This document shows, piece after piece, positions 8,911 through 18,983 of a stretch of DNA of 64,000 nt; positions within the stretch are counted from its first letter, which is position 1; every line of letters starts with the position of its first letter. Made by a program: the position numbers and the translations under genes. Under the pieces are notes generated by a model. The model saw only the letters and a list, made by a program, of their open reading frames with translations, did not search any database and was not told the origin of the DNA. The stretch spans positions 49,174 to 113,173 of the forward strand of contig JAEOSK010000004.1 of assembly GCA_016840405.1 (NCBI GenBank), read 5' to 3'. The DNA comes from Candidatus Hermodarchaeum yapensis (lineage in GTDB: Archaea > Asgardarchaeota > Hermodarchaeia > Hermodarchaeales > Hermodarchaeaceae).

Positions 8911-9642
8911 TTGAAACAGGCGGAATTCAGTGCAAACGGTGTACTTAGTAGTCAAAGAGAGCTGTTACCACGGTTGTATCAGAGCCATCGCCTTTTCGTA
9001 ATTAACTTCTTTGCCTCACTATTGATGGTTCCTCTCTGGTTTCTCTGGGTAATCTTCTTCGCAGCAGTGATTGCAGAATCTTTTCAGTGGTTTCTCCTAA
9101 TAACTGCGCCAATATGGATTGCAATACCACTTACTGTTTTTATTTTTGGATATAGCGGGAAAGCATTTTTTGTTTATATGCGATCTGCAAAACACTTCTT
9201 AGATAATGCAAAAGTGGATGTCAATGCCTCTAGGACTGCTGAAGATTTCACTACGTATATGAATCTCCTTTTCCCAGTTCTTCTCCCTTCGATGACATCG
9301 ACACCCAATTCTACGCAGCAAGAACAGGAGCGAATCCACAAAATAATTCGAAACTTAAAGAGGGCACCGATCATAGAAGGGGCGATTCTTGGAATCCTTA
9401 TCTTTAGCTTTGTCAGTTTCTTCGTCAGACATCCGTATCTCCTTCCCCGCCTTCTTCTTACACTGATTATTCCATTTCTCTGTTTCAACTTCGCTATTAT
9501 GGTAATCCGACTTGGAATTTTCCTTAGGTGGCGACAATATGTTAGCCGCTGGCTGAATCTTTATGACAGCCTCACCACTTGGCAGGCAAATCTTGAGTTA
9601 AAAATCCAACAAAACGCGAACAGTATCCAGAGGGAGATTTGA
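8911..9642 (+). CDS. Four-TM membrane protein, hypothetical
   Basis: Two TM hairpins; stop overlaps the next start. Confidence 0.75.
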   Translation: MKQAEFSANGVLSSQRELLPRLYQSHRLFVINFFASLLMVPLWFLWVIFFAAVIAESFQWFLLITAPIWIAIPLTVFIFGYSGKAFFVYMRSAKHFLDNAKVDVNASRTAEDFTTYMNLLFPVLLPSMTSTPNSTQQEQERIHKIIRNLKRAPIIEGAILGILIFSFVSFFVRHPYLLPRLLLTLIIPFLCFNFAIMVIRLGIFLRWRQYVSRWLNLYDSLTTWQANLELKIQQNANSIQREI

Positions 9643-10082
9643 TGCCAAAAACATCTACCGCCTCTGATAAAACAAGTTACAAGGCACCTCGTCGAGGGAA
9701 ATTCGAGATATGGTCAGCATTATTAGAAGCGTGTCTTCGAATCCCGCGAACACAAAGTTGGCTCATGCGGAAAGTTGGCCTCAACACAGCTACCGCCAAA
9801 GAAGCACTGAGTAGTCTCACCAGGGGAAGACTTCTTGAGCAAGAAAGTGAACCCAAAGTGGGTATTTTTGAATATAAGACCACTGAGAAAGGAAAAGCCG
9901 CTCTAGCCCAATATTACCAACTAATTACATCCTTCTTCGGAACCAGCCACAAAAGCCGAGTGAAGCAATATATGATCGTCTTGCTTTTCGCCCTCTCCTC
10001 TTGCTTTGTCTATGGGCAAATCGTTTTTCGGCAAGTGTACAGTTTCCTTGCAGGGGGAGACTCGGATCATACTCCTATTTGA
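9639..10082 (+). CDS. Archaeal winged-helix transcriptional regulator with hydrophobic C-terminal tail
   Basis: RRGKFEIWSALLEAC..LMRKVGLN..YKTTEKG pattern. Confidence 0.8.
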   Translation: MMPKTSTASDKTSYKAPRRGKFEIWSALLEACLRIPRTQSWLMRKVGLNTATAKEALSSLTRGRLLEQESEPKVGIFEYKTTEKGKAALAQYYQLITSFFGTSHKSRVKQYMIVLLFALSSCFVYGQIVFRQVYSFLAGGDSDHTPI

Positions 10083-10121
10083 AAAATAAATTTTCGTGCA
10101 ATTCTTTTGAATTTCGAAGAC

Positions 10122-10685
10122 TTACTTTTCGTTGCTTTTTGCCATGCTTTTTTCGTAAAAACAGCTCTCTTTGTGTGTAGCTGCGAGCTTGTAACCACAA
10201 GAGTCGTATAATATGCGTGCGGCTTTATTCGATTCAATTACGTGTAGCCCGATGAGTTTCAGACCCTCACTCCTTGTCCACTCTTCGATTTTTTCCAAGA
10301 GTAATTTTGCCAGACCCTGTCTGCGAAATCTAAGCACAACATGCAGATTATAAATCCACGTTAATGGTTCCTTAAATCGCCAAAATGGCCCACGATGGCA
10401 CACCCATACTAGCCCAACTGGTTGTCCTTCACTGGTTTCTCCAATGAACACCACATGATCTGGACTAGACATATCCACCGGATCGTTCTTATCGAATTCC
10501 TCATATTTTCGCTTTATTTCTTCTTCTGATAAGGAATCTGCGTCTGTGAGTGTCCCTTTATATGATTCAAGTTGACAGTAGTCGAAGAACGCTTGATCCG
10601 TTTGGCGATTCCATTCTCGAATATGAAATTTCAAAGAGAGACCTTCTTCTGCATTGATTTCTATGTGTTCGTGTATCTTATCCAT
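10122..10685 (-). CDS. GNAT N-acetyltransferase
   Basis: LHVVLRFRRQGLA motif A; NKAARILYDSCGY motif B. Confidence 0.9.
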   Translation of the reverse strand: MDKIHEHIEINAEEGLSLKFHIREWNRQTDQAFFDYCQLESYKGTLTDADSLSEEEIKRKYEEFDKNDPVDMSSPDHVVFIGETSEGQPVGLVWVCHRGPFWRFKEPLTWIYNLHVVLRFRRQGLAKLLLEKIEEWTRSEGLKLIGLHVIESNKAARILYDSCGYKLAATHKESCFYEKSMAKSNEK

Positions 10686-10817
10686 TTTTACATCAAGTGT
10701 TTATGAGTAATGATTTAATGGTGAGGGATATTTGGCTAATAGTGTGACAAGTCAGAAGTATCATTCTGATGTTTAATGTCAAACAAGTTCTACGTGTCAA
10801 AAATATTAAGTGAGAAT

Positions 10818-11423
10818 TTATTCAACTGTGTCGTTTGATTTTTCCTGAAGAACTTCAACGAGTTTGTACGAGTCCCAGAGATCACCTTGGAATCTAGCAA
10901 AAGGAATAATTAGTATAAATTGGACCGCAAACATGACTAATAACCGGATTATTACGATTGCTAGTGGACCCCAGAGAAGGATTATTGCGTTTTCTATCAG
11001 GACAAATGTTGGAGCGAAGAGTTTTGAAACTGTGAAAGACGCGAGGTTAATGAGGAATAATCCAAAGCTGAATATGAAGTACAAGAGCAGTTGGAGCGTG
11101 CTTCGTAGACTTCGGTGAGAATTATGTCTGAGTTCAACGAATTTTTCTGCAGGGAATTCTTCAGTTTTAACCTTGAGCAACTCTTTCGCCAAATAGAAAT
11201 TAATTTCGTGACTGATGATAGAACCCATAATGGCTAGTCCTAGAGCGTAGGTGATTGTGAGAAACATCATCAGGGGCATCCCCCAGGCTGTGAGAAATTC
11301 ATGGGGGTATTCAAGGATGTAAATCACGACAACGAATAAGAAACCCAGTAGAATCCCAACCAGTGCGAGAATCGCGTCAAAATGGACATCTGGTCGTTGA
11401 AGTTTTGTAGGTTTTGTCGTCAT
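10818..11423 (-). CDS. Four-TM membrane protein, hypothetical
   Basis: Four hydrophobic segments, 201 aa. Confidence 0.75.
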   Translation of the reverse strand: MTTKPTKLQRPDVHFDAILALVGILLGFLFVVVIYILEYPHEFLTAWGMPLMMFLTITYALGLAIMGSIISHEINFYLAKELLKVKTEEFPAEKFVELRHNSHRSLRSTLQLLLYFIFSFGLFLINLASFTVSKLFAPTFVLIENAIILLWGPLAIVIIRLLVMFAVQFILIIPFARFQGDLWDSYKLVEVLQEKSNDTVE

Positions 11424-11633
11424 TTGAAACCTTCCGATTGGTTCAATTTGATTTTAATTCTTAAAAACTTGAATCGGGGAGATATATTGAATTTGTTCTT
11501 AAGAATGAATTCTTTATGATGGTGTGAAGAATCTAACTTTACCTACTAAGACGTACAAACAGACCGGGTCGGTTGAAGATCACCTCGAAGTGAGTAAATT
11601 CTGAATTAATAGTGTTTGTGATGGTGTCGTGGT

Positions 11634-11828
11634 TTATTCTAGTTTGACCTTGACGGCTTTGAGGCCGCGGTCGCCTTCTTCAACTTCAAAGGTGACTTTG
11701 TCGCCTTCGTTGAGGACCTTTTCGCCTTCGACTTCGCTTCCGTGAACAAATACGTCTGTTCCGGATTCTCGTTCGATGAAGCCGTAGTTTCGGTCGCGGT
11801 TAAACCATTTGACAGTTCCTTTTTCCAT
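11634..11828 (-). CDS. cspA: Cold-shock protein (CSD)
   Basis: GTVKWFN, YGFI (RNP1), DVFVH (RNP2); GAGGTGA SD before ATG 11828. Confidence 0.96.
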   Translation of the reverse strand: MEKGTVKWFNRDRNYGFIERESGTDVFVHGSEVEGEKVLNEGDKVTFEVEEGDRGLKAVKVKLE

Positions 11829-12018
11829 ATGATTCACCTCGATTGTCTTCAGTTAGGTGAGGTTCCCTTTCGGGAGGTTTGGCTGTGTCACGCAGCCGTG
11901 CTTTTCCCACGAATAGTATTCTAGGGAATTGCTGCATAGCACGATAAGTAAAATTTCTGATAAAAAACGAAATTGTCCTATTTGCTACTATGCAATGCTA
12001 CAAATATGTGCTATATAG
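11829..12018 (-). promoter_or_regulatory. csp promoter and long structured 5' leader
   Basis: CTATATAG box 12011-12018; hairpins GGCTG/CAGCC (11881-11897) and TCCC-GAAA-GGGA (11864-11875); anti-SD TCACCT pairing with AGGTGA (11834-11860). Confidence 0.55.
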
Positions 12019-12101
12019 GGGTTTCGATGGTGTATAATGTTGTAAGTAGACTATGCCTCATTCAAACAATTTGGTAAACGATTGGGAAAGAGTATTGAGA
12101 A

Positions 12102-12950
12102 TTAAAAATCCATTACGGGTTTAGGAACCACGATTTCTTCTTTCGGTGCGGCTAGTTTCAAGGCTTCATTGATGATATCTAGAGCTTTTTCGCGGTTATT
12201 GGGATCGATAGCGACCATTCCGTAGGCTTTGATGCCCAGAATCCGTTGCACTAGCTGGGGAGACAAGGCGCCGGGTAGATCTTGTTTATTGGCAATAGCG
12301 AGGAGCTCTGCTGCAATGTCTTTGCGGCGGATTAGATCGATGATATCTTTACTGTTCAGGACATTTTCAAGGGTCGAGTCAGTAACGAGGAGGATAATTC
12401 GGCTGCCACGGAAGTAGAGTTCCCAGAGTTTACGGAAGCGGTCTTGTCCAGCAAAGTCCCAGGTGGAGATTTCGTAGGTGCCAATACGAGCGCCTTCGAT
12501 TTTTTGGATGTCAATGGCGATGGTCGGGACATAGCTTGTGGGAGGAACGCCGCCATTTAGAAGAGTAACCAGGGTGGTTTTCCCGACGCCACCGTAGCCG
12601 ATGATGCTGACTTTTAAAGTAGTGACAACGTAGTCGTCAACCTTCGCCATGAAGTCTTCGTATTCGACCTCGTAGCTGATAACACGACGAAATTCATAAG
12701 TAACACGATCGAGCTTTTCGCGGAGGGTATCATCGTCGTCTACACTTTCTGCACAAAGTACGACCACACCGCGTCCTAGGGGTTTACCGATGTATTTGAT
12801 GGGACCAATTTCCTCGATAAGGGAATCTTGGGCCTCTTGGACGCGGCCAGCGAAATCTTGCATTTCACCTTGATTGATGGTGATAATCCAGAATTTCTTC
12901 TGAACGACGATTTCGTCTCGTGCGTCAATGATGAAAACGTGGTGTATCAT
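12102..12950 (-). CDS. Longin-like N-terminal domain fused to an Arf/Ras-family small GTPase
   Basis: GYGGVGKTT, YVPTI, WDFAGQ, NKQD; N-terminus MIHHVFIIDARDEIVVQKKF resembles longin strands 1-2. Confidence 0.85.
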   Translation of the reverse strand: MIHHVFIIDARDEIVVQKKFWIITINQGEMQDFAGRVQEAQDSLIEEIGPIKYIGKPLGRGVVVLCAESVDDDDTLREKLDRVTYEFRRVISYEVEYEDFMAKVDDYVVTTLKVSIIGYGGVGKTTLVTLLNGGVPPTSYVPTIAIDIQKIEGARIGTYEISTWDFAGQDRFRKLWELYFRGSRIILLVTDSTLENVLNSKDIIDLIRRKDIAAELLAIANKQDLPGALSPQLVQRILGIKAYGMVAIDPNNREKALDIINEALKLAAPKEEIVVPKPVMDF

Positions 12951-13091
12951 CCAGTATCCCCTGGTGAGAGCATCCGCTATTGTCTTTTGTGTATTTCGGG
13001 TAAAGCTATTTCAACTTTCCGCACCAAAACGGAGAAGGAAGGTTTATGTTTACTTTTGCATAAGGTTCATATGGTCGACAATTAAAGCTCT

Positions 13092-13862
13092 GTGGAGTCG
13101 ATTTCGGTGGAAGTTACAATTCTAGGCAGTGGCGCATCGCTACTTTCTCCAGACCGTGTTTTATCTGGCTTAATGATTGAAATTGCTGGTGAACCACTTA
13201 TTTTTGATATGGGTGCCGGCGTGTTACATCGTTTGTCGTGCAGTTTAGTTGAGTTAACACGGATTGAGCATTTGTTCATCAGTCATCTGCACGTGGATCA
13301 TTGTTCAGACATTGTGGCGCTAGTCCAAAGCTTATGGTTGATGGGTTATGATAAGACGCTCAATGTGTATGGACCAAAGGATATCCTGAAGATGGGAGAA
13401 GCGATTGGTGAGGTGTTTCCCTATCTAATTGGAAAAATCAAGATAAAATCTCACACCATTTCTCCTGAGTTTCAGGTAAAGTCAAAGAACTGGACAGTCA
13501 AGGCGTTTCCAGTGAATCATGGCGACTTTGAAGCCTATGGCTACCACCTCGAAGCCGAGGGAAAGCGAATTGTTTATTCAGGTGACACTGCACCAAGCGA
13601 AAACTTGGTGAAGGCCGCTAAGGACGCGGATCTTCTGATTCATGAATGTTCCCTTCCGGACCGTATGAAAGGTATGGCTCCAAATCATTCCACACCTGGT
13701 GAAGTCGGGAAGGTGGCGGCGGAGGCGGATGTCAAAACCTTGGTGATTACCCATTTGTATCCTGAGCTGATAGAAGAACTCGGTGATGCCCTCCGTAGTA
13801 TTCGAGCGACTTTTTCTGGGAAAATCATCGTCCCACGTGATACTCAAATCATTACCTTATAA
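13092..13862 (+). CDS. RNase Z/BN-like metallo-beta-lactamase-fold hydrolase
   Basis: ILGSG, SHLHVDH, YSGDT, LIHEC, NHST, ITHLYP. Confidence 0.9.
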   Translation: MESISVEVTILGSGASLLSPDRVLSGLMIEIAGEPLIFDMGAGVLHRLSCSLVELTRIEHLFISHLHVDHCSDIVALVQSLWLMGYDKTLNVYGPKDILKMGEAIGEVFPYLIGKIKIKSHTISPEFQVKSKNWTVKAFPVNHGDFEAYGYHLEAEGKRIVYSGDTAPSENLVKAAKDADLLIHECSLPDRMKGMAPNHSTPGEVGKVAAEADVKTLVITHLYPELIEELGDALRSIRATFSGKIIVPRDTQIITL

Positions 13863-13898
13863 TGTTGGACCGAAACATCTTTGAACGGCTAATGATTT

Positions 13899-14384
13899 TT
13901 GGTGGGTTTTATGAACAAGCGAGATTTCCAAGATATGCTAAACCGGGCTGTTCCTATCGAACAATATATGCGTGAGTGTTCAGCAGATTGTAAATCGAAA
14001 TACGAGGCCTGTCGAGCGGATTATACACTGAAACCTGACATACTCGAATCGATCAAGGCATTTGATAACCAGTTTATTGTTGTAACTATTAGTGCTGATT
14101 GGTGTAAAGATTGCATAGCCAATGTACCAGTGCTTGATTTGGTTCACGAGGCGACAGGCCTTCCTGTGTATATCTTGGGTGGTGTGAAAACAGACCCCTT
14201 GAACCCCGATCGACAATGGGCAGTTCCACCAAGTCCTCCCGAAGTAAATACGCTAAACATCAAAGCGATTCCAACGATTCTCATTTATGCAAAGAATGGA
14301 AAAGAAATAGGTCGAATCATTGAGAACCCATCGATAAAACCCACACTGGAAGAAGAACTCCTTTACTTCTTGGAAAAAGCGTAA
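13899..14384 (+). CDS. Thioredoxin-family protein
   Basis: WCKDC active site and cis-Pro motif AIPT. Confidence 0.88.
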   Translation: MVGFMNKRDFQDMLNRAVPIEQYMRECSADCKSKYEACRADYTLKPDILESIKAFDNQFIVVTISADWCKDCIANVPVLDLVHEATGLPVYILGGVKTDPLNPDRQWAVPPSPPEVNTLNIKAIPTILIYAKNGKEIGRIIENPSIKPTLEEELLYFLEKA

Positions 14385-14411
14385 TTGTGTACTCACTGTA
14401 TTGTGATTGCT

Positions 14412-14765
14412 TCATAATTTTTCTTCGTCAATTTCTGGTCGATGTGGAGTAGGACCAGAACCTTCGAAGTGGATAAGCCCTTTCCCCCCACCACCATGGC
14501 CTCCAATAAAATGAGCCCGGCGATCAGCATCTCTTTTTCTTCTTTCCAAATCTTTAGGGCGTTTATCGGGGGGGATAAGGAATAGGAGGAGGAATAGACC
14601 AAGGAGCGCCCCATAAAAAGCTGCAAAGAAAAGATTCGTTATTAGCAGGAAAAAGAAAATTGAAACTAGCGCAATTAGGAGTGATGCCACACAATATCGA
14701 CGTCTTTTTTGATTTTGGGTGAGTTTTGGCTTTTGTGGATTGGTCGTGCTTGAAACCCCAATCAC
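14412..14765 (-). CDS. Small two-TM protein, hypothetical
   Basis: TM hairpin plus charged Gly-rich tail; start uncertain. Confidence 0.55.
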   Translation of the reverse strand: MIGVSSTTNPQKPKLTQNQKRRRYCVASLLIALVSIFFFLLITNLFFAAFYGALLGLFLLLFLIPPDKRPKDLERRKRDADRRAHFIGGHGGGGKGLIHFEGSGPTPHRPEIDEEKL

Positions 14766-14882
14766 CTCATGTTCACTAGGAAAATTGGGAGTTATATAGT
14801 TATTTCGAGAGTAGACACTTATCGTTTCGTCCTTCCTAAAGCCTTTAAGTTAAGTGAAGAATCTTCGGGGTGGGAGCGAACA

Positions 14883-17543
14883 TTGTCTTTCCGGATTTGT
14901 CCTCGTTGTTCAGGATTTGTGGAAGTGCGACCGCTGGGTAAGCATTTCCAGATTCGGTGTTCGCAATGTGGAGCCAGTTACAAAACTAAACCTGGCGAGG
15001 TAGGTGATCCTGTTGCAGCATATCTGCGTTTCATGGACGTTATGGAGAGTGGTGAGCCAGCTCAGAGAGCTGATGTGAAGTCCAGACGACCTCCCTCACG
15101 ATATGACCGAGAACCGAAACGTCGACCGCGGTCTAAGGAAGAGTGGAAGAAAGTGTTGAAACAAGCGGGAGTTGAATCGGTTGAACAGCTCCCGGAGGTT
15201 GTACAGCGTATTCTTAGTGATTCTGCGTTTCATTTAGTAAAATATCGCCAATTTCCTGAAACTGCACCTGAATCCGGTTGTCAGGTCAAGGATGCTCCAT
15301 TGAATGACCGATTGAAAGCGGTCCTCGAACAACAGGGCGTTACTCAGTTGTTCAAGTTTCAGGAGGAAGCTTTACAGCATATTCTTGCAGGGCGGGATGT
15401 TGTCATTTCAGCTCCTACAGCGACGGGGAAGACCGAGGCATTTGCCCTGCCCATTATCGAGCAGATTTTAGCCCGACAGAAGGGTTGGGGGCCATTACGA
15501 GCGGCAGAAAAACGGGCAGTACAAGCCGTGTTCATCTATCCTACAAAAGCATTAGCCCGTGATCAAGCTGGAAAACTTGCCACTCTAACTTCCAGCGTCG
15601 GATTGGATGTAGCCGTGCTAGATGGTGACACACCCAAATCTGAGCGGGGTGCAATTTACCGGCAGCCTCCTGATATTCTCATCACAAACCCGGATATGTT
15701 ACATGTTCACCTAATACGCCCTCGAGACCCTATTCGGCGACTGATTCGAACGGCCCAACATGTGGTGTTAGATGAGTTGCATGTGTACGTGGGAGCCTTC
15801 GGATCGAATGTGCATTTTCTTTTACGTAGGTTACAGCGGATTTGTCCCCCGCTCCAATTGATTGGGGCATCGGCGACAATTGCCAATGCACAAGAGTTTG
15901 CTGAGCTCCTCTTTGGAAGGTCTGTGGTTGCGATTCATTGTGCCACGGGGAAGAAAGGGATTATTCATTTTATGATGTTATATCCTGAGCGGGTAAGCCA
16001 AAGCACAATGATTGCTAGCGTGGCTCAAGAACTGGTTCGAAGCGATATGAAAACGCTAGTGTTTGCAAATACCCACAAGAACGCTGAAGTCATTAATCTG
16101 ATTGCGCGACGGACACGGATGTCTAGTGCTGTACATCGGGCCGGGTTACCAATGTCATATCGTCGGAAAGTGGAAGATGATTTCAGGCGAGGCGAATTGG
16201 ACTTGCTTGTTTCGACCCCAACTTTGGAGCTAGGGATTGATATTGGTGACCTGGAAGGTGTTGTGTCGATGTTGGTGGGGATTACTCGCCTGACTCAGCG
16301 GATTGGTCGCGCTGGGCGAAAAGGTCAGGATAGTATTGCTGTGTTAGCTCTCCGAGCGAATGATGCCATCAGCACGTATTATCGCGAACACCCAGATGAC
16401 TATTTCACAGATATTGATCCTGCCTATGTTGAACCCCATAACGAGGTTGTGGCGCATCATCAACTGATAGCAGCAGCCTTGGATATGCCATTAGTTCAGG
16501 ATGAATTTGCTGAGTTTGAACCAGTCATAGAACAATTACTCAAAGAAGGGTTGTTTTCCGAATCACGTGGGAAACTGCGACCGAATATTATTGCAACACG
16601 TCGGATACTCGCGCGGTATTCCATTCGAGGGATTGGTGATACCGTTCAAATCGTTCACAAGGGGAAAATTATTGGTGAGCGCCAGATGCCCATGGCGATG
16701 GGTGAACTACACCCTGGTGCTTTCTATCTGCATGGAGGAACAACCTATGAATCACTGGAATTCGAGTATCGCCATGGCGTGGGGAGAGCCGTTGTGGAGC
16801 GCCTTCCTGTAGGTCACCGTGAGATGACCCAGCCACTCCGTCATGTTGATCCGGAGGTCATCCGAGTATTAAACACACGTCAAGTGTACGGTATCACTGT
16901 CCATTATGCTGACCTACGTATGACAGAAGTTGTAACAGGGTATGCGATAAGAGACATCTATACCGATAAGATACTCAAGATTGAGAGTTTAGATCAACCC
17001 TTGGAATTCACCTATCCCACGAAAGGCTTCTTTTTTACTGCCCCTCATCCCGTGAAAGCCATCACAGCGACGTTGGCAAGCAAACAAATCAAATCTAAAC
17101 CCGAACGAGTTCTAAAAGGAGCTGATGAGGACGAAGAGATTACAGAAGAAGACCTTCTGATTGGAGGATTCCACGCGTTGGAGCACACTCTGATTGAAAG
17201 TAGTGACATGTTAACAGGTGGCGGAAGCCATGGGATTGGTGGTGTATCCATGGGTTCGACGGGACTCATTTTCATATATGATGGGAGTCCTGGCGGGAGC
17301 GGATTATCCAAATTGCTTTATGATCGTCTGGAAGAAGCGTTCCGCCGGGTCACAGTTATCATTAAGGAGTGTACTTGCGAGGATTTGGATGGATGTCCTG
17401 CATGCACCTACTCGTATCGGTGTGGGAACAACAACTGGCCCCTCTTCAAAGATGGTGCATTTGAGGCGGCAGATTTAGCTTTGAAAGGTGTAAAGGTGAA
17501 CACCGCAGTAAGTCCTGAACTCACAGAAGAACCACTAGTTTAG
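14883..17543 (+). CDS. DEAD/DEAH-box helicase with C-terminal DUF1998 (Hrq1/SftH/MrfA-like) and N-terminal Zn ribbon
   Basis: APTATGKT, YPTKAL, DELH, SAT, QRIGRAGR; C-terminal CTC..GCPAC..CGNNN; N-terminal CPRC..CSQC; start placed at TTG 14883. Confidence 0.92.
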   Translation: MSFRICPRCSGFVEVRPLGKHFQIRCSQCGASYKTKPGEVGDPVAAYLRFMDVMESGEPAQRADVKSRRPPSRYDREPKRRPRSKEEWKKVLKQAGVESVEQLPEVVQRILSDSAFHLVKYRQFPETAPESGCQVKDAPLNDRLKAVLEQQGVTQLFKFQEEALQHILAGRDVVISAPTATGKTEAFALPIIEQILARQKGWGPLRAAEKRAVQAVFIYPTKALARDQAGKLATLTSSVGLDVAVLDGDTPKSERGAIYRQPPDILITNPDMLHVHLIRPRDPIRRLIRTAQHVVLDELHVYVGAFGSNVHFLLRRLQRICPPLQLIGASATIANAQEFAELLFGRSVVAIHCATGKKGIIHFMMLYPERVSQSTMIASVAQELVRSDMKTLVFANTHKNAEVINLIARRTRMSSAVHRAGLPMSYRRKVEDDFRRGELDLLVSTPTLELGIDIGDLEGVVSMLVGITRLTQRIGRAGRKGQDSIAVLALRANDAISTYYREHPDDYFTDIDPAYVEPHNEVVAHHQLIAAALDMPLVQDEFAEFEPVIEQLLKEGLFSESRGKLRPNIIATRRILARYSIRGIGDTVQIVHKGKIIGERQMPMAMGELHPGAFYLHGGTTYESLEFEYRHGVGRAVVERLPVGHREMTQPLRHVDPEVIRVLNTRQVYGITVHYADLRMTEVVTGYAIRDIYTDKILKIESLDQPLEFTYPTKGFFFTAPHPVKAITATLASKQIKSKPERVLKGADEDEEITEEDLLIGGFHALEHTLIESSDMLTGGGSHGIGGVSMGSTGLIFIYDGSPGGSGLSKLLYDRLEEAFRRVTVIIKECTCEDLDGCPACTYSYRCGNNNWPLFKDGAFEAADLALKGVKVNTAVSPELTEEPLV

Positions 17544-17559
17544 TACGTCCTTTTTGTCA

Positions 17560-18807
17560 TTAGAAATCTGGAGTAAGTTGGGCTCGTATTTTCGGAAAAA
17601 GCACTCTCACAAGTTGTAACTTCACCGATTGGGCTCCTGCATCGGGGTATATTTGGTATAATTCGTCAATAGTTTTGTAACCCATGAGCAGCTGATAGAT
17701 CACAGGAAAAGGCACTGCCACATGCATGTCCTTAATTTCTTCACGTTTTATATAAGTGATTTTCTTAATCTTCCCATTTTTGAAGACTAATTCAATTCCT
17801 GCGCGGAACCAGTTGATGCGCAACGAATCGGACAATTGGGTAAAATCGGAGTGGGCTAACCGGTTTTCAAGAACGGGTGTAATTGTTTCCATGAAGTGCT
17901 TCACTGATGGAATTCGTACGTACCAGGCATAAGGTCTCGTAAATTTTGACTGGCTTAAGCCCTCAAGAACAGGTTGAATGGCGGGTCGTGATGGGAGATA
18001 TATTCGGATGGGCAATTTGCGACGTCTTGCAATGGTTTTCATGTAGCGAAGTATTGATGGGATGTGTGTAAGATCCTTTACCCAGAGTTCATGCATTTCA
18101 AGAAAGCCCCAGCCGATTGACAGGATAAAGGATCCTACGGTCTTAGTGTTGCGTTTTACGACATAGAATCGGTAAACGGAATCATCTCCAAATTTACCAT
18201 GGGTGAGGTAGGGATATTCTGCTGGTGTGATAATCCGATAGAAATCGAGATACGAATTCCGGTGTTTTCGTGCAGTGAGATATTCATCAAAGGTTTGCTC
18301 TGTAATCTCTTCAATGGTGACAGGTTCTTTCTCATTCTTTTTGAGGCGAGGAATTAGTTCATTGGGTATGGTTAGGGTTCCATCAAAGTTTATGGCGAAT
18401 TCGTAGCCGAGGGTTCGGTAGAAGAAGGGAATTCCAATAATTACGAGTAATGGGAGTTTGTATTCGGCTACCCGTTGTTCAAAGAGGTCATTGAGTTTGC
18501 GAATTAATCCTCGGTGACGATATTCAGGGAGGGTGGCAACGATTTCCATGTGCCCAACGGGAAATTGTGTGCCATTGAGAATACAGGTTGTTCGTGAAAG
18601 GCAAAAGTAAGAAACGACCTTCTGTTTTGTTGTATCCATTATTAGGAAGTGATCAGAAGGTGGGGAATCGTGGTGATAATTAAACAGGCGGTCAATCATT
18701 GAGCTGACTTCTTTTCCAAAAACGACCTTCACTACTCTCTCAATCGCCTTCTCATCAGCAGTGGTTGCGGTTCGCATGATAAGACTTTCGCCTAGATCGA
18801 CTTGCAT
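17560..18807 (-). CDS. Eis-like GNAT acetyltransferase with C-terminal SCP2-like domain
   Basis: VATLPEYRHRGL, GIPFFYRTLGYE; ~415 aa architecture. Confidence 0.82.
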   Translation of the reverse strand: MQVDLGESLIMRTATTADEKAIERVVKVVFGKEVSSMIDRLFNYHHDSPPSDHFLIMDTTKQKVVSYFCLSRTTCILNGTQFPVGHMEIVATLPEYRHRGLIRKLNDLFEQRVAEYKLPLLVIIGIPFFYRTLGYEFAINFDGTLTIPNELIPRLKKNEKEPVTIEEITEQTFDEYLTARKHRNSYLDFYRIITPAEYPYLTHGKFGDDSVYRFYVVKRNTKTVGSFILSIGWGFLEMHELWVKDLTHIPSILRYMKTIARRRKLPIRIYLPSRPAIQPVLEGLSQSKFTRPYAWYVRIPSVKHFMETITPVLENRLAHSDFTQLSDSLRINWFRAGIELVFKNGKIKKITYIKREEIKDMHVAVPFPVIYQLLMGYKTIDELYQIYPDAGAQSVKLQLVRVLFPKIRAQLTPDF

Positions 18808-18983
18808 AGTGGAATCCCTTCGATATTGGTGGGTGTTCGAAGTGCCGCTTCCTCAAATGCTTATTGGTGCCTTTTTGTGATATCATGGTGAGTGAAGTGC
18901 ATCAGAGAACCCAACACTTTAAGACGACCAGTTCCCTCACTCTACGTGTTGTCGCCTAAAGATGGAAGAAGGCTGAGATTGCT

